Below are positions 46,372 through 59,528 of a stretch of DNA of 64,000 nt, one piece after another. The stretch comes from a virus. Each line of letters opens with the position of its first letter. Position 1 is the stretch's first letter. Position numbers and translations under genes: made by a program. The stretch spans positions 14,967 through 78,966 of IMG/VR virus record IMGVR_UViG_3300044617_001255; one strand, written 5' to 3'. Below the pieces are notes generated by a model. That model searched no databases, had not been told where the DNA came from, and saw only the letters and a list, made by a program, of their open reading frames with translations.

Positions 46372-48537
46372 CTAACGAGTTCCCATGGTATGAGTAGAAC
46401 TAGGTCCTGTTACAATTGTTTTCCAATCTGTATCTGTACCTATTTGCACAGGAGAATTTACTCTAAAAGCAGGATTATCGAATCCTAATGCATATTGTGC
46501 ATTATTTCCCCAAGCCCAAATTGTTCCGTTTGTTTTAATAGCTATGCTACCCAAACGCATTGCCCCTACAACTGCCCAGTCTGTTGCAGTTCCTATTTGC
46601 ACTGGTGATGATCTATTTGTTAAATCTCCTAATCCTAATTGACCAACATTATTATATCCCCAACTCCACATTGTTCCATTAGTTTTCAGAGCAATAGTAT
46701 GATATCTTCCTACTGCTGCAGAAGACCAATCTGTTAGAGTTCCTATTTGGACAGGACTACTTGTAGCATTTGTTCTGGCTGTTTGTCCTCTTGTACTACC
46801 TCCCCATGCCCATAAAGATCCTGTTGTTTTTATTGCTATTGTAAAATCTGTTGATGGAATTGCAAAAGCCCAATTTGCATCTGTACCTACTTGAACTGGA
46901 GAAGAACGGTCTGTTGTATCTCCAAGACCTAAACGTCCATTTAGATTTCTACCCCAAGCCCATAAAGTTCCACCAGTTTTAATTGCCATTGTGTGTTCAG
47001 TTCCTGCATTTGCCTTTGACCAATCTGTTGCAGTACCTATTTGAACAGGAGAAGAGCGATTTGCGGTATCTCCAAGACCTAAACGCCCATTTCCACCAGA
47101 ACCCCAAATCCATAAACTACCACCAGTTTTTAAAGCAACTGTATGAAGGTTCTGACAAGATACAAATGACCAATCTGTTTGTGTTCCCACCTGAACTGGA
47201 CTACTTCTATTTACGCCTCCAATTACTCCGAGTCCTAATTGAGCAGAACCATTAGGTCCCCAAGCCCACAAACTTCCACTAGTTTTAATTGCAAAAGTAT
47301 TTGTGTATCCAGTCATTACAAAAGACCAATCTGTTGATGTTCCTACTTGAACTGGAGAAGATCTAGTTATTCCATCCGATAATCCTAATTGCCCATACTG
47401 ATTAAATCCCCATGCCCATAAGGTGTTATTAGTTTTTATAACAGATCCATGACGGGTTTGATTAGAATTTAAAGTGGACCAATCTGTACCTGTACCTATT
47501 TGAACTGGAGAAGATCTACTTGTAACTGGAAAAAATCCTAATTGTCCAGATGAGTTTAATCCCCATCCCCACAAAGTTCCATTTGTTTTAGTTGCTAAAG
47601 TATGGTTTGCTCCAGAAGATATAAGTGACCAATCTGTATCTGTGCCTACCTGTACAGGAGAAGATCTATTTGTTAAATCTATCAATCCTAATTGTGCATT
47701 ATTATTACGACCCCAAACCCATAAAGTTCCATTTGTCTTAGTAGCAACTGTGTGTGATCCTCCAGAACTAATTTTATTCCAATCACTACCTGTACCTATC
47801 TGCACAGGAGAAGATCTATTTGTTAGATCTCCTAATCCTAGTTGACCATAACTATTACGACCCCAAGCCCAAAGAGTGTTGGTAGTTCTAATTGCTATTG
47901 TATGGTTATCTCCCGGACTTACTTTAGACCAATTAGTATCTGTACCTACCTGTACTGGTGAGGAACGACTATTAATGTTTCCTGATCCTAAACGACCATA
48001 ATTACCAGCACCCCATGTCCATAAAGTTCCTGTGGTTTTAATTGCACCTGTAAAATTATTGGAAGTAGATACAGAAGCCCAATTTGTGTCCGTGCCTACT
48101 TGAACAGGGGATGAATAACTAGTAGTATTTCCAAGTCCTAATGCACCAAATGTTGAAGCAGAACCCCAACCCCAAAGAGTACCTGTAGTTCTAATTGCCA
48201 TTGTATGATCTCCACCTGCACTAGCAATAGACCAATTTGTATCAGTACCCACTTGAACTGGTGAAGATCTAGCTGTTGTATCTCCAAGACCTAATCGCCC
48301 ACTGGAATTAGCACCCCAGGCCCATAATGTGCCATTTGTTTTAGTGGATAAAGTATGTGTTCCACCAGTTGTTATAATAGACCAATCTGTATCTGTACCT
48401 ACTTGAATTGGAGAAGTTTTATTTGTTGCATCTCTTAACCCTAATTGTCCCGATGTATTGAATCCCCACCCAAATAGTCTGAAAGTTCCAGATAAAGTAG
48501 GTTTTATAATCCATCCTCTGAAATTAGGAATAATCAT
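46372..48537 (-). CDS. RCC1-repeat beta-propeller protein
   Basis: About 14 repeats of LWAWG.N..GQLGLG...RSSPVQ(V/I)GT.TDW. Confidence 0.92.
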   Translation of the reverse strand: MIIPNFRGWIIKPTLSGTFRLFGWGFNTSGQLGLRDATNKTSPIQVGTDTDWSIITTGGTHTLSTKTNGTLWAWGANSSGRLGLGDTTARSSPVQVGTDTNWSIASAGGDHTMAIRTTGTLWGWGSASTFGALGLGNTTSYSSPVQVGTDTNWASVSTSNNFTGAIKTTGTLWTWGAGNYGRLGSGNINSRSSPVQVGTDTNWSKVSPGDNHTIAIRTTNTLWAWGRNSYGQLGLGDLTNRSSPVQIGTGSDWNKISSGGSHTVATKTNGTLWVWGRNNNAQLGLIDLTNRSSPVQVGTDTDWSLISSGANHTLATKTNGTLWGWGLNSSGQLGFFPVTSRSSPVQIGTGTDWSTLNSNQTRHGSVIKTNNTLWAWGFNQYGQLGLSDGITRSSPVQVGTSTDWSFVMTGYTNTFAIKTSGSLWAWGPNGSAQLGLGVIGGVNRSSPVQVGTQTDWSFVSCQNLHTVALKTGGSLWIWGSGGNGRLGLGDTANRSSPVQIGTATDWSKANAGTEHTMAIKTGGTLWAWGRNLNGRLGLGDTTDRSSPVQVGTDANWAFAIPSTDFTIAIKTTGSLWAWGGSTRGQTARTNATSSPVQIGTLTDWSSAAVGRYHTIALKTNGTMWSWGYNNVGQLGLGDLTNRSSPVQIGTATDWAVVGAMRLGSIAIKTNGTIWAWGNNAQYALGFDNPAFRVNSPVQIGTDTDWKTIVTGPSSTHTMGTR

Positions 48538-51500
48538 GTTGTCAAATTACCAGCAACATTAAATATATTTGTAGCATAACAAAATAATGTTGCTGCTCCA
48601 TGTTGTGCTGAAATCTTCAATCCACTTGCAGAATTAAGTGTAGTTCCAGATGCTACAAATGTAACTTGACCTGCCCCTGCTTGTATTACTGTACAACTAA
48701 AGCCTGCTGTCCCTACTGTAGTACTTACTGTTAAATTTTGTGGAGTTGCAGCATCTATTACTATTATTTTTCCATTATCTGTTGTTCCTAGTGAAAAACC
48801 AGCTCCAGTGGCTCCAACAGAAGAAGATGTTACTCTGTAACCTTCATTTGCAGTCATATTTCCTGTTAAAGTTACATCATCATTTGTTATAGTAAATCCA
48901 CCAGTAGCTCCTGCAACACCATTATTATTAAATATTATTTGAGTATTTGAACCTGCTACTGGACCAGTGGCACCTGTTGTTCCTTGAACACCAGTTGCAC
49001 CTGTGGTTCCTTGAAGACCTGTGGCACCAGTTGCACCAGTGGTTCCTTGGACACCAGTTGCACCTGTGGTTCCGGTTGCACCCGTTGCTCCTAGACCAGT
49101 TGCACCTGTGGTTCCTTGAAGACCTGTGGCACCAGTTGCACCAGTGGTTCCTTGGACACCAGTTGCACCTGTGGTTCCGGTTGCACCAGTTGCTCCCAGA
49201 CCAGTTGCACCTGTGGTTCCTTGAAGACCTGTGGCACCAGTTGCACCAGTGGTTCCTTGAACACCAGTTGCACCAGTGGTTCCGGTTGCACCAGTTGTTC
49301 CTTGAAGACCTGTGGCACCAGTTGTACCGGTTGCACCTGTGGTTCCTTGAACACCCGTAGCACCAGTAGCACCTGTGGTTCCTACAATCTGTGTATTCTT
49401 CCAAAGACCATCACCAGAGTTGTATACTAAAACATCGCCATTTGATAATGTTCCACTATTAATCAAAACATTATGGAGTTCTTCTATTTCAAAACCATTT
49501 TGAATTATTACAATTATTTCTCCTGATGAAGCATTTACTTTCACCACATAACCCAAGAAAACTCCGTGGGCGGGTTGTGTTGGTCGTGTTTGAGTAAATT
49601 CACCAGCAGTTTGAGAAAGCCATATTGCTCCCCCTTCAGTCAATCCTAAAGTATTAAGACCACGTAAAATACCAAATGTTATGACATAACCATCTGCACC
49701 ATTAGCGATAGTTTCTGCAGTAAACCCTAATGTCTTGCTTGAAGTAGGTTCTGTGTCTGCATCAGAAAGAGCAACTGTTGGTTTCTGCCCTTGTGCACCA
49801 GTAATATAAACAACTTTGCCTTTAGAAATTGAAGATGCTGTATTATTATTTACGAGAACAAATTGAGATTGACCAATCAAATTTGTTACATTTGCATTCA
49901 AAACAACTTCAAGTCCACCATCCCCGTCATTCCACTGCAAAGCACCGGGAGTTGTAGATGGGGTTTCTGGTGTAGTATCAAAAAGTATATAATCAGGAGT
50001 TGAAATTGAATTTATATTAGTTAAATCTCCTGATGGAATAGGACCAGTAGCTCCTGTGCTTCCCTGAATACCTGTGGCACCAGTTGCACCTGTGGTTCCT
50101 TGAACACCAGTGGCACCAGTGGTTCCTTGAACACCAGTTGCACCTGTGGTTCCGGTTGCACCTGTGGTTCCTTGAAGACCTTGAACACCAGTTGCACCAG
50201 TGGTTCCTTGAACACCAGTCGCACCAGTGGTTCCAGTTGCACCAGTTGCTCCTAGACCTGTAGCACCTGTGGTTCCTTGAAGACCTTGGACACCAGTGGC
50301 ACCAGTGGTTCCGGTTGCACCAGTTGTTCCTTGAACACCTTGAACACCAGTAGCACCTGTGGTTCCTTGAAGACCTTGGACACCAGTGGCACCAGTGGTT
50401 CCGGTTGCACCCGTTGCTCCTAGACCTGTAGCACCTGTGGTTCCTTGAAGACCTTGAACACCAGTTGCACCGGTAGCACCAGTGGTTCCTTGAACACCAG
50501 TCGCACCAGTGGTTCCGGTTGCACCAGTTGCTCCTAGACCTGTAGCACCTGTGGTTCCTTGAAGACCTTGGACACCAGTGGCACCAGTGGTTCCTTGGAC
50601 ACCAGTTGCACCAGTAGTTCCTTGAAGACCTGTGGCACCAGTTGCACCTGTGGTTCCTTGGACACCAGTTGCACCTGTTGTGCCTGTAGCACCAGTTGCT
50701 CCTAGACCTGTTGCTCCAGTAGTTCCTTGAAGACCTGTGGCACCAGTTGCACCTGTGGTTCCTTGGACACCAGTTGCACCTGTTGTGCCGGTTGCTCCTG
50801 TTGCTCCCAAACCAGTTGCACCTGTAGTTCCTTGAAGACCTGTGGCACCAGTTGTACCTGTAGCACCCGTGGTTCCTTGAAGACCTGTTGCACCTGTAGT
50901 TCCTGTAGCACCTGTGGTTCCTTGAACACCAGTTGCACCTGTGGTACCTGTAGCACCTGTAGTTCCTTGTGGTCCTTCTACATTTGCATTAATTGTTGTT
51001 ACCACATAAGAAATGGTTCCATTACGATAATAACTGGTTAATGTTGGAGTTCCTGCAGTGGATTGAGCGTATAATGTTGCTCTTATGCGGCTATTAGTAT
51101 CTGTTAGCGTTGTTACTGGAACATATCCAGAAAAGTCAAAAATTGATGATGTAGAACTATTAATAATTGTACCAGATGCATAACTTCCACTTAAAAGAGT
51201 ACTTAAAACAGTAGTTCCATCTGATGCAACTTCTTCTATTACAGTCCAAAACCTTACATCTTGATTTCCTGAACGGCTTGCATATAGCCATGTGTTCCAA
51301 TTTCCACCTACTATTGCTGTAACTCCGGGTTCACCAACATCAGTCACAAAAGATCCAATTTGAGTTGGTGTAGTGCTATTTGTGCTAGTTGTAACTGTTG
51401 TTTGTGTGGCGGTATTTGGTATTTTTAATAAACTTCCAGAAACAGGGCTAGAACCACCAGCAGTATCATAATAAAGAACCAAACCAGATGAAATACCAGT

Positions 51501-52295
51501 TAATCCCTGTGGACCAGTAGCACCTGTTGGACCTGTGGCACCCGTGGCTCCCAGACCAGTAGCACCAGTGGTCCCTTGAACACCAGTGGCACCAGTTGCT
51601 CCAGTGGTTCCTTGAACACCAGTTGCACCAGTGGTTCCTTGAAGACCTGTGGCACCTGTAGCACCAGTGGTTCCTTGAACACCAGTCGCACCAGTGGTTC
51701 CAGTTGCACCAGTTGTACCTTGTAGACCAGTTGCTCCCGTGGTTCCTGTTGCTCCAGTGGTTCCTTGAAGACCTGTAGCACCCGTAGTTCCTTGAAGACC
51801 TGTGGCACCTGTTGCACCCGTAGTTCCTTGAACACCAGTTGCACCTGTTGTTCCTGTTGCACCTGTAGTTCCCGTTGCTCCAGTGGTTCCTGTTGCTCCA
51901 GTGGTTCCTTGAAGACCTGTAGCACCAGTGGTTCCTTGAAGACCTGTGGCACCTGTAGCACCTGTTGCACCCGTAGTTCCTTGAACACCAGTTGCACCTG
52001 TTGTTCCTGTTGCACCTGTAGTTCCCGTTGCTCCCGTGGTTCCTGTTGCTCCAGTGGTTCCTTGAAGACCTGTAGCACCTGTTGCACCACTAGTACCTTG
52101 AATTCCTACTGGACCAGTAGTTCCTTGAACACCAGTTGCACCTGTAGCACCCTGAATACCTGTAGCACCAGTGGCACCTTGATTTTGTGAAATATATGAA
52201 ATAATTTGCCAAGCAACACCATTCCATTGCCATACTTTATCCCCGAAGGGATAAGTATGATTTAGTTGTGGATTATTTGGAAAATTAATTGGCAT
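48534..52295 (-). CDS. collagen-like tail fibre protein
   Basis: Three G-X-T/Q triplet tracts separated by globular domains; INFP...WQWNGVAW N-terminus. Confidence 0.85.
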   Translation of the reverse strand: MPINFPNNPQLNHTYPFGDKVWQWNGVAWQIISYISQNQGATGATGIQGATGATGVQGTTGPVGIQGTSGATGATGLQGTTGATGTTGATGTTGATGTTGATGVQGTTGATGATGATGLQGTTGATGLQGTTGATGTTGATGTTGATGTTGATGVQGTTGATGATGLQGTTGATGLQGTTGATGTTGATGLQGTTGATGTTGATGVQGTTGATGATGLQGTTGATGVQGTTGATGATGVQGTTGATGLGATGATGPTGATGPQGLTGISSGLVLYYDTAGGSSPVSGSLLKIPNTATQTTVTTSTNSTTPTQIGSFVTDVGEPGVTAIVGGNWNTWLYASRSGNQDVRFWTVIEEVASDGTTVLSTLLSGSYASGTIINSSTSSIFDFSGYVPVTTLTDTNSRIRATLYAQSTAGTPTLTSYYRNGTISYVVTTINANVEGPQGTTGATGTTGATGVQGTTGATGTTGATGLQGTTGATGTTGATGLQGTTGATGLGATGATGTTGATGVQGTTGATGATGLQGTTGATGLGATGATGTTGATGVQGTTGATGATGLQGTTGATGVQGTTGATGVQGLQGTTGATGLGATGATGTTGATGVQGTTGATGATGVQGLQGTTGATGLGATGATGTTGATGVQGLQGTTGATGVQGVQGTTGATGTTGATGVQGLQGTTGATGLGATGATGTTGATGVQGTTGATGVQGLQGTTGATGTTGATGVQGTTGATGVQGTTGATGATGIQGSTGATGPIPSGDLTNINSISTPDYILFDTTPETPSTTPGALQWNDGDGGLEVVLNANVTNLIGQSQFVLVNNNTASSISKGKVVYITGAQGQKPTVALSDADTEPTSSKTLGFTAETIANGADGYVITFGILRGLNTLGLTEGGAIWLSQTAGEFTQTRPTQPAHGVFLGYVVKVNASSGEIIVIIQNGFEIEELHNVLINSGTLSNGDVLVYNSGDGLWKNTQIVGTTGATGATGVQGTTGATGTTGATGLQGTTGATGTTGATGVQGTTGATGATGLQGTTGATGLGATGATGTTGATGVQGTTGATGATGLQGTTGATGLGATGATGTTGATGVQGTTGATGATGLQGTTGATGVQGTTGATGPVAGSNTQIIFNNNGVAGATGGFTITNDDVTLTGNMTANEGYRVTSSSVGATGAGFSLGTTDNGKIIVIDAATPQNLTVSTTVGTAGFSCTVIQAGAGQVTFVASGTTLNSASGLKISAQHGAATLFCYATNIFNVAGNLTT

Positions 52296-52336
52296 ATATT
52301 TCTCTTTATATAATAGTATTTATATTTGGTAATTTG

Positions 52337-52714
52337 TTAATTTCTTGATACTATACCCATAACTTCTATCCATTGCTCACTATCCACATCCCCATCAGTA
52401 TCCAATTCAACAAGATATAAATATAAAATTCCACTATTCGTATCTAACCATAAATCTCCATTATTTTTAGCTTCTGGCGGAACTGTATCATTAGTAAATC
52501 TGACTCCAATAAATGTAGAGCCAGATGTAATTGGACCAGTTGCACCGGTAGCACCAGCAAGTCCTGTCGCTCCAGTTGCACCAATTTCTCCTTTTGGTCC
52601 TACAATACCAACAGGACCAGTTACTACTGACCATTTCACTCCATCATATCTCCAAGTGATAAGACCAATAGTATGAGTTACATTTAGTAATGGATTATTT
52701 GGAAATCCTGCCAT
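52337..52714 (-). CDS. small fibre-associated protein with short collagen tract
   Basis: FPNNP...WRYDGVKW; GDLWLDT..G.LY. Confidence 0.7.
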   Translation of the reverse strand: MAGFPNNPLLNVTHTIGLITWRYDGVKWSVVTGPVGIVGPKGEIGATGATGLAGATGATGPITSGSTFIGVRFTNDTVPPEAKNNGDLWLDTNSGILYLYLVELDTDGDVDSEQWIEVMGIVSRN

Positions 52715-54576
52715 TAAATTATTCTCCAACTTCCTCTGTATATAAATTGCATGGATTCAAAATTTGTACTTAATGTTATATTACTTTGCCCATCAATTAG
52801 AGTTCCACCAGAACCTTGAACCACAATTCCTTTTCCTGTATTTTCTATTAATCCTGATTCATCTTTTACTACTATTATCTTTCCGACATCTGGAGATGGT
52901 GGTAAAGTAATTGTAGAAATACCATCATAGTTTACTCCAATGTAATAATCATTGCTGAGAGCAGAATAATTAGAACTTTCTACCAATACTGTATTGAAAA
53001 TTGGTGCAATTGTAGAAAGTGTTGTTGATATTTGTACCCATTGTGATGAATCACCATCATCAATATAAACATAGTAACCACCAGTTGTACTATGAAACCA
53101 TCTATCACCATTTATTGGATTTGCGGGAACAGATTCTGAATATGTAAATCTATTTGTAGTTGGTGTTCCACCACCAGATATATCAATATTTACATGTTTT
53201 CCGTTTGATGAAACAGAAGAGATTCCAGTTCCTGTAAAATTGATTGAGTGAACTGCAGAACTTAATTTCACTCCTTCATGCTTTATCATTACATTTCCAC
53301 CACCACCACTTTGAATTAAGTTCTGTTGTCCTTGTGTAGTGGTTGATAAGAATTTTTGTTCAAGTTTTATTGTTTTAGTTTCAGAATCATAATTCAATGG
53401 ATATACAGCAGAAAGCAATCCAGTTTCTCCGGTTGCTCCTGTATCTCCTTTGTCTCCCTTGTCACCTTTTGGACCTTGTGGTCCTACTAGTCCTTGAGGT
53501 CCGATTGGTCCAGTTGATCCAGCATCTCCTTGTGGTCCTTGCTTTCCATCAATTCCATCTTTACCGGAATCTCCTTTGTCTCCCTTATCGCCTTTTGGAC
53601 CTTGTGGTCCTACTAGTCCTTGAGGTCCGATGGGTCCAGTTGATCCGACATCTCCCTTATCACCTTTTGGTCCTTGTTTTCCGTCAATTCCGTCTTTACC
53701 AGAATCTCCCTTATCGCCTTTTGGACCTTGTGGTCCAACTGGTCCTTGAGGTCCAGTTGCACCATCATTTCCTTTTTCTCCTTTATCTCCAGGCCAACCA
53801 CTTTCTCCGGTTTCCCCCTTATCTCCCTTATCTCCTTTGTCACCTTTATCGCCCTTCGGTCCTGTCTCTCCTCTTAATCCTTGTGGTCCTTGTGGTCCAG
53901 GAATATTTTCTTTGATGAATTGTATTTCTGGTGTTTTTGCTATATTTACCAATTCAACTATACTATTAAATTTGTTATCAATAACATCTAACTGTTTATC
54001 AGTAAAGATGATTGGTTCAGGTTCTATTATTTTTTCTTCAACAATTTCTTCAAATATATCCTTGTTTATATTTTTACCTGAAATTAAAATAGCAGAATTG
54101 TTTGAATCTTTAAAATAAACTTCACCGATTCCCCCAAATTTTATTGCCTTATAATTTTGATTCTTACATTCTTTTTCAGATATTAATGTAAAAATATCAC
54201 CTTTCTTATAAGGTCCAATATTTTCAGTTAGACGAAAAGAGGTTCCTGTTGAATACTTACCTTCAAATATTTTTTTAAAGGTATTATATAATTTTTGTTT
54301 TGGAGGAATATATTCTAGTTCTTCAAATATTTCTTCATTTATTTTTCTACCTGAAAATAAAATTGGAACATTTTTAGAATCTAAGAAATAAACTTCTCCA
54401 AGACCACCAAATTTTATAACATTATGTTTTTTATTTACACAATCATTTTCATCAATTAATGTAAAAACTTCGCCTTGTTTATAAGGTCCAAGGTCTTTTA
54501 TTAATTTAAAGGTTCTTCCTTTTTCGTATTTGCCTTCAATTAATTTATGGTATACAGTATTTTTAGAAATTTGCAT
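52714..54576 (-). CDS. collagen-like protein with duplicated N-terminal domain
   Basis: GPQ/GDK triplets; tandem EGKY..G..F.L...GPYK.G..FTLI repeat; GDRWF, DYYIGV, VKDESG. Confidence 0.8.
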   Translation of the reverse strand: MQISKNTVYHKLIEGKYEKGRTFKLIKDLGPYKQGEVFTLIDENDCVNKKHNVIKFGGLGEVYFLDSKNVPILFSGRKINEEIFEELEYIPPKQKLYNTFKKIFEGKYSTGTSFRLTENIGPYKKGDIFTLISEKECKNQNYKAIKFGGIGEVYFKDSNNSAILISGKNINKDIFEEIVEEKIIEPEPIIFTDKQLDVIDNKFNSIVELVNIAKTPEIQFIKENIPGPQGPQGLRGETGPKGDKGDKGDKGDKGETGESGWPGDKGEKGNDGATGPQGPVGPQGPKGDKGDSGKDGIDGKQGPKGDKGDVGSTGPIGPQGLVGPQGPKGDKGDKGDSGKDGIDGKQGPQGDAGSTGPIGPQGLVGPQGPKGDKGDKGDTGATGETGLLSAVYPLNYDSETKTIKLEQKFLSTTTQGQQNLIQSGGGGNVMIKHEGVKLSSAVHSINFTGTGISSVSSNGKHVNIDISGGGTPTTNRFTYSESVPANPINGDRWFHSTTGGYYVYIDDGDSSQWVQISTTLSTIAPIFNTVLVESSNYSALSNDYYIGVNYDGISTITLPPSPDVGKIIVVKDESGLIENTGKGIVVQGSGGTLIDGQSNITLSTNFESMQFIYRGSWRII

Positions 54577-54608
54577 ATTGATAAAAATCCTACATACCAA
54601 TATTTATA

Positions 54609-55337
54609 TTAATTTGAAGGTATGTTATTTGGCATATTTGTTAAAGCTTCCCATGAAGCAGGGAAAAACATGCTTATAATTGAAGAAATACCCATAGCAT
54701 ATTGTTGTACTTCCCATTGAGCGTGTGTATCCACTCTTTGACTATAAACTCTTGCATATGCAGAAAGAGAACCAGTCCACCACCATTCTGTGTATGTGCC
54801 TTGTGGTAAAACTGCTCTAGCCTGTTCTGGAGCAATATTGTTAGTAATTAATTTATTATAAAGTTCTAATGCTTTTTTATTATGTTGTTCAGTCTCAATA
54901 TTGAATTGTTCAACTAAATTATCATCCAAAATAAAATCAGAACTTCCTTGTTTTGCCCCATTTGTAGGGGCACCTCTCCAAAATGGAACATAAACTTCTG
55001 GTTCAAATGTAACATATCTTCTACTAATTTCATTTTCAGTAAATCCGACTTTATGCTTAAAAAGTTGTGTACGAACAAAAATAGGTGCTTTGATCCTTAA
55101 TGTGATTTGTGGGTGTGCAAATGGAGTCCAATGCTTGTGCTTGGCAAGATAGGTTATGAGTTTCTTATCTTTGTCTGAAAGAGCCTTATTCTTCCATTCT
55201 CCTTTCCAATCCTGCTCTCCATCCCAATCACTTTGTTTATTAAAAGACACTCTTGCAGCATTTACAACTGTGAGATCACCCCCCAGGTGATCAATATATT
55301 CAACATATCCTTTATCCAGAACATCAATTTTCTTCAT
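54609..55337 (-). CDS. thyX: flavin-dependent thymidylate synthase
   Basis: VNAARVSF, HWTPF, APIFVRTQ..KH, NEISRRY, EQARAVLP, HAQWE. Confidence 0.95.
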   Translation of the reverse strand: MKKIDVLDKGYVEYIDHLGGDLTVVNAARVSFNKQSDWDGEQDWKGEWKNKALSDKDKKLITYLAKHKHWTPFAHPQITLRIKAPIFVRTQLFKHKVGFTENEISRRYVTFEPEVYVPFWRGAPTNGAKQGSSDFILDDNLVEQFNIETEQHNKKALELYNKLITNNIAPEQARAVLPQGTYTEWWWTGSLSAYARVYSQRVDTHAQWEVQQYAMGISSIISMFFPASWEALTNMPNNIPSN

Positions 55338-55602
55338 TTTTATTTTCCTCTTCATCCTGATAATACATTTTAATACCACTAACATCCTCTTGAGTGAATG
55401 TCATCGCATAATCTACCGCTCTTTGCCAGAGATCTTTGTCATTTTGTTTTATATAATTTGAAAAATGACTACTAAATGTTGCATATGCTTCAAACATTTT
55501 TTGAGCATATGCTATTTGTTGCTCTTCACTCAAGTTTCCCAATTCCTCTGGATAACTTTCATATGAATAATCTTCAAAATCTTCTTCATTATTATTCGTC
55601 AT
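55324..55602 (-). CDS. acidic hypothetical protein
   Basis: FSNYIK..D..LWQRAVDYA. Confidence 0.6.
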   Translation of the reverse strand: MTNNNEEDFEDYSYESYPEELGNLSEEQQIAYAQKMFEAYATFSSHFSNYIKQNDKDLWQRAVDYAMTFTQEDVSGIKMYYQDEEENKNEEN

Positions 55603-55843
55603 TATTTTCCTCTTCTGAATTATCTTTAATTTCAAAATCCAATATGACAAAACCGGTTAGATCAGAAGCATATTCTGCTGCTCTTTTATATAAATTTTCA
55701 TCTGTTGTCTTGACATACTCATTGAAAAATAATAGATAATCCATCATTAATAATTTAAAATTATCATCATTCATCAATTCTTCAAGGTTTCCCTCAAAAT
55801 GCTGTTGATCTTGTGTTTCGTCGTCTAGGTTGTCTTCTTCCAT
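55592..55843 (-). CDS. acidic hypothetical protein (paralog of neighbour)
   Basis: FNEYVK..D..LYKRAAEYA. Confidence 0.6.
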   Translation of the reverse strand: MEEDNLDDETQDQQHFEGNLEELMNDDNFKLLMMDYLLFFNEYVKTTDENLYKRAAEYASDLTGFVILDFEIKDNSEEENNDE

Positions 55844-56826
55844 TTTATTACCCTCATTTTTGCTTCAGGACCCTTGTAACTATTATTAAGAATCATTTCT
55901 TGAATTTGCATGGAAGATAACCCAGACAAAATCATGTCGTTGATGTCTTTTTGTTTTACTTTTTCAGGCCAAATACAGACTCTTCTATTACTATCTATCA
56001 GATCTATCATTTGTTGAATAACATTTAAACTTCTAGGTTCATTATCCAACACAAAGATAGCATTATCATAATTAACAGAGTCAACATTATTCATTCCAAG
56101 AATAGCAATACAATTTTTAATAAACATTGAATCTATTGGACCTTCTACAATAAAAACTGGTTTTTTAGAATCAATTTTATTGCAGCCATAACACAAAACT
56201 TCATTTTCATTGTATTTTAATGTGATATACTTAATAGGATTTTTCTTATTCAAAGATCTTCCTTGAAATCCTAGTATGTTTCCATCAGAATTTCTTACAG
56301 GAATTATAAGACGTTCTTCATCTCCTATATCAAGATCTGGTTTTACATTTCTAGCAAATTCACCAAAATCTTCAGCATAATACAAATCAGACCAATATTC
56401 TGTTGGTATTTTTCTGTTTTTCACATATATTTTACAATGATGAGAATCATCCAGATCATGTATTGATGGCAAATTAACTGCTGTACTTTTTCGAAAGATT
56501 GGTTTTTCAATTATAATCTCTGGTTTTTTATAATTTGAGTGACCATTTTCACCATTTTTCCATCTTTCAAGTGAATATTCCTTACATAAAATGGGAGACA
56601 TACTTTCTAGAAAACGATACATTGTCGTGCCGTGACCGCAATTGTGGCAACGATAATACATATCATTTCCCTTTACAAAAAAGTATCCTCTAGCCTTTCT
56701 TTTATTTGAAGAGGAATCTCCACAAAACGGACAACGACAATTTGCTAGATTATCTTTCTTCCACTTGAATCTTTCAAGAGAAGAAGAAATCATATTCAAA
56801 TACTTTTTATCGATTATAAGAGACAT
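55825..56826 (-). CDS. gp61: DNA primase (T4 gp61-like)
   Basis: CRCPFCGDS...KARGY...CHNCG; FQGRSL; VEGPIDS; DNEPR; KDINDM. Confidence 0.95.
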   Translation of the reverse strand: MSLIIDKKYLNMISSSLERFKWKKDNLANCRCPFCGDSSSNKRKARGYFFVKGNDMYYRCHNCGHGTTMYRFLESMSPILCKEYSLERWKNGENGHSNYKKPEIIIEKPIFRKSTAVNLPSIHDLDDSHHCKIYVKNRKIPTEYWSDLYYAEDFGEFARNVKPDLDIGDEERLIIPVRNSDGNILGFQGRSLNKKNPIKYITLKYNENEVLCYGCNKIDSKKPVFIVEGPIDSMFIKNCIAILGMNNVDSVNYDNAIFVLDNEPRSLNVIQQMIDLIDSNRRVCIWPEKVKQKDINDMILSGLSSMQIQEMILNNSYKGPEAKMRVIKWKKTT

Positions 56827-56976
56827 TCTTTTTTTGATTTCTAATCTTCTCTGGAGTTATCCAAATACGATTCCACCATGCTTCCCATTCTGAATATTCC
56901 TCTTCTCTAATTGTAGGAAGATCATCGTGACGTTGTTGATATGTTCTGGTATCATCTTCTTGCACTGTGAACTTAT

Positions 56977-58380
56977 TCATGTATTGCTCCATCCTGTTGT
57001 TCTAAATTTTGATTTAATTTGTTTATTCATAGAAGGACTTTTAATTTCTTGATCGTCCTCCTCTTCTTCCTTATTGAAGTCTAATTGTTGCTTAGGGTCT
57101 ACATCAAATAATTTCATCTTTGCATAATTTACTCCTACTACAAATCTCTTGTTCGAACTCTTAGAATTATAACGATTCTTCAGTTGCTTTACCATTAATT
57201 GATCAAGTTTTTCAAGATCCTCTGTAGATACCAAAGCGATCATGAAATCTGAAGTTTGTGGAAGACCGAAGGATTCTGCAGTATCAGTCATTTCAGGATC
57301 ACTATTCTGAAATCCTGTTCTATTTGTTTGAGTTGCAGTCCAAACTGGTACATTCTTTTCTTTAGCAAGACCACGGATTTCTTCTGCAATTGCCTTGACC
57401 AGAGTAAATGAATTTACACTAGAAGATGCCTTGTATCTTGCAGAAGCACAAATATTCAAATAATCTATGAATATGATATCAGGGACAAACTTCTTCTTTA
57501 GATTTAATTCATCAAGAAGATGTCTAAAATGATTAGCATTAGCTTGACCGGTCGGATATTCCTTAATAATCAATTTCCCCTGAACACCTTTTGTTGAGTT
57601 GAATAACTTTTTCGCATATGCAGATTTAGGCAATTCGCGGATATCATCCATAGTCATATCCATGATGTTTGCATCAATTCTTTCCGCAATCAACTCTTCT
57701 GCCATCTCAAGAGTGATATAGAGAACATTTTTGTTCATTCGAAGACAGTGCGCAGCATGATGGCATAAAAACATGGATTTACCAACATTTGTTCCTGCCA
57801 TGATAACATTCAAAGTCTTCTTTGGAGTTCCACCCTTCGTGATAGTATTCAAGTATTCAATATCAAATGGCAATTTCTCTTCAGGATTGTGGTAAAAATC
57901 ATATCGTGCCTCTGCATCTTCCAAATAATCATGACCGATATGAGTATCAAAAGAAACACCCAGGGCTTCAGATAGAATTTGAGGAAGAGCATTTGGGCTT
58001 CTATTCTTATCCTTACCATCAATGATCTGAATAGAATCTATGATGGCATTGTATATTGCCTTATCCTTGCAGAATTTTTCTGATTCTTGTATAAGCCATT
58101 CTTCATCTTGCTTATTATCGGATGACAATTCTCCAATCAGTTCTACTGTTTTATCAAATTCAGACTGAGATAGAGTTTTATCTTCGCTTAAACGAACATC
58201 AATAACATCCTTGGTAGGGCATTTGTTAAATTCAATACAAAATGTTTGTATAACAGAAAATATCTTCTTTTGAATCTTGTCAGAAAAATATTCCTCCTTC
58301 AGAAACGGAATTACCCGTCTCATATAGGATTCGTTATAAAGAAGATTTTCTAGAATTAGTTTTTCTACACTAGATGTCAT
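56977..58380 (-). CDS. gp41: replicative helicase (T4 gp41-like)
   Basis: [42 protein letters not shown]. Confidence 0.95.
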   Translation of the reverse strand: MTSSVEKLILENLLYNESYMRRVIPFLKEEYFSDKIQKKIFSVIQTFCIEFNKCPTKDVIDVRLSEDKTLSQSEFDKTVELIGELSSDNKQDEEWLIQESEKFCKDKAIYNAIIDSIQIIDGKDKNRSPNALPQILSEALGVSFDTHIGHDYLEDAEARYDFYHNPEEKLPFDIEYLNTITKGGTPKKTLNVIMAGTNVGKSMFLCHHAAHCLRMNKNVLYITLEMAEELIAERIDANIMDMTMDDIRELPKSAYAKKLFNSTKGVQGKLIIKEYPTGQANANHFRHLLDELNLKKKFVPDIIFIDYLNICASARYKASSSVNSFTLVKAIAEEIRGLAKEKNVPVWTATQTNRTGFQNSDPEMTDTAESFGLPQTSDFMIALVSTEDLEKLDQLMVKQLKNRYNSKSSNKRFVVGVNYAKMKLFDVDPKQQLDFNKEEEEDDQEIKSPSMNKQIKSKFRTTGWSNT

Positions 58381-59429
58381 TCGTCACTCTCTTGAATAGG
58401 GTCGCTTGTATCGTTCATTGTACCGTACTTGAACTCTTTTGCAACAGCCTCTTCAAGAAGTTTCATGACTTCAGGAGTGTAATATTTCTGTGGATTCTCA
58501 TTGATGTGCTTTTCAAACACAGTGGTTCCATCTGGCATTTCAATCTTTGTAGATACTTTCTTAAAAATACCATGCTTGAGAGCAATATCAAGAAGACCAT
58601 AATATGAATCTAGACCACTATCGTACTTGAGAAGAACATCGACCATCTTGTTTTCTTTGGTAAATCTTCCCTTGGTTAGACGGCAGTGAATAATGTTTCC
58701 TACAACTTCATCTCCAACTTTTTCCTTTTTCTTGGAAAGGAAAACAATCATTGATGCAGCGTATTCAAGCCCAGATCCTCCACCCATCTTCTTCATAGGA
58801 ACATATGCACCTACAACATCATAGGTGTGATTTGTCATGATAAGTGGGATATGCGCCATTCCCAACTTGATCGTGAGAACTCGGAATACTGACTTGATAA
58901 CCTGGGCTCTTGTCATGTCGCGGACATTCTTGCCCTCAGAAGTATCGTTCATTTCCTTCTCGGTTGACAACATTCCAAGAGAATCTAAAACAATCATAAG
59001 TGGGTGTTGTTCTTTCTTCGGTAGAGCCAGATAAGAATCTACCATCGAAATAACTTGTTTTCTGAACTCTTCGACAGTAGTTACGGGGAACACACCGACT
59101 CTCTTTGGGTCAATTCCCCTTGACCTGAACATATCACTTGTAATGGCTTGCTCAGAATCGAAATATAGGACAAAACTATCTTTGCGAGTATCAAGAAACT
59201 TTTTTACAATACCCATACTAAAATAAGTTTTGCCCGTAGAAGTCTCTCCTGCTAATGCTATGATTTTGTTATCTGGAATTCCCCCATACACAGAACCAGA
59301 TAGTAGAGCGTTGAATGTATGACTTCCAGTATCAACATAATCTCTTACATCACTAAATTCCAATCCATCATCCACAGACGAAGCATACTCATTTCCTGAT
59401 GCTTTTATGATATTATTCAGAAAATTCAT
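58377..59429 (-). CDS. uvsX: RecA-like recombinase
   Basis: [34 protein letters not shown]. Confidence 0.95.
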   Translation of the reverse strand: MNFLNNIIKASGNEYASSVDDGLEFSDVRDYVDTGSHTFNALLSGSVYGGIPDNKIIALAGETSTGKTYFSMGIVKKFLDTRKDSFVLYFDSEQAITSDMFRSRGIDPKRVGVFPVTTVEEFRKQVISMVDSYLALPKKEQHPLMIVLDSLGMLSTEKEMNDTSEGKNVRDMTRAQVIKSVFRVLTIKLGMAHIPLIMTNHTYDVVGAYVPMKKMGGGSGLEYAASMIVFLSKKKEKVGDEVVGNIIHCRLTKGRFTKENKMVDVLLKYDSGLDSYYGLLDIALKHGIFKKVSTKIEMPDGTTVFEKHINENPQKYYTPEVMKLLEEAVAKEFKYGTMNDTSDPIQESDE

Positions 59430-59528
59430 TATTATTCCTTTCTGGAACACTCACAAAAATAGACATTACAAATACTACAGATACTAAAAAGTAAAAAATT
59501 GCAAATACATAATCACTTATTGTTTCAC

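Noticed and set aside
46372-48537. RCC1 repeats as a diversity-generating retroelement target
   Set aside because: No reverse transcriptase and no non-coding template repeat seen in the window.
48928-52190. Cys-rich and Gln/Leu-rich ORFs in other frames
   Set aside because: Artefacts of the collagen triplet repeat.
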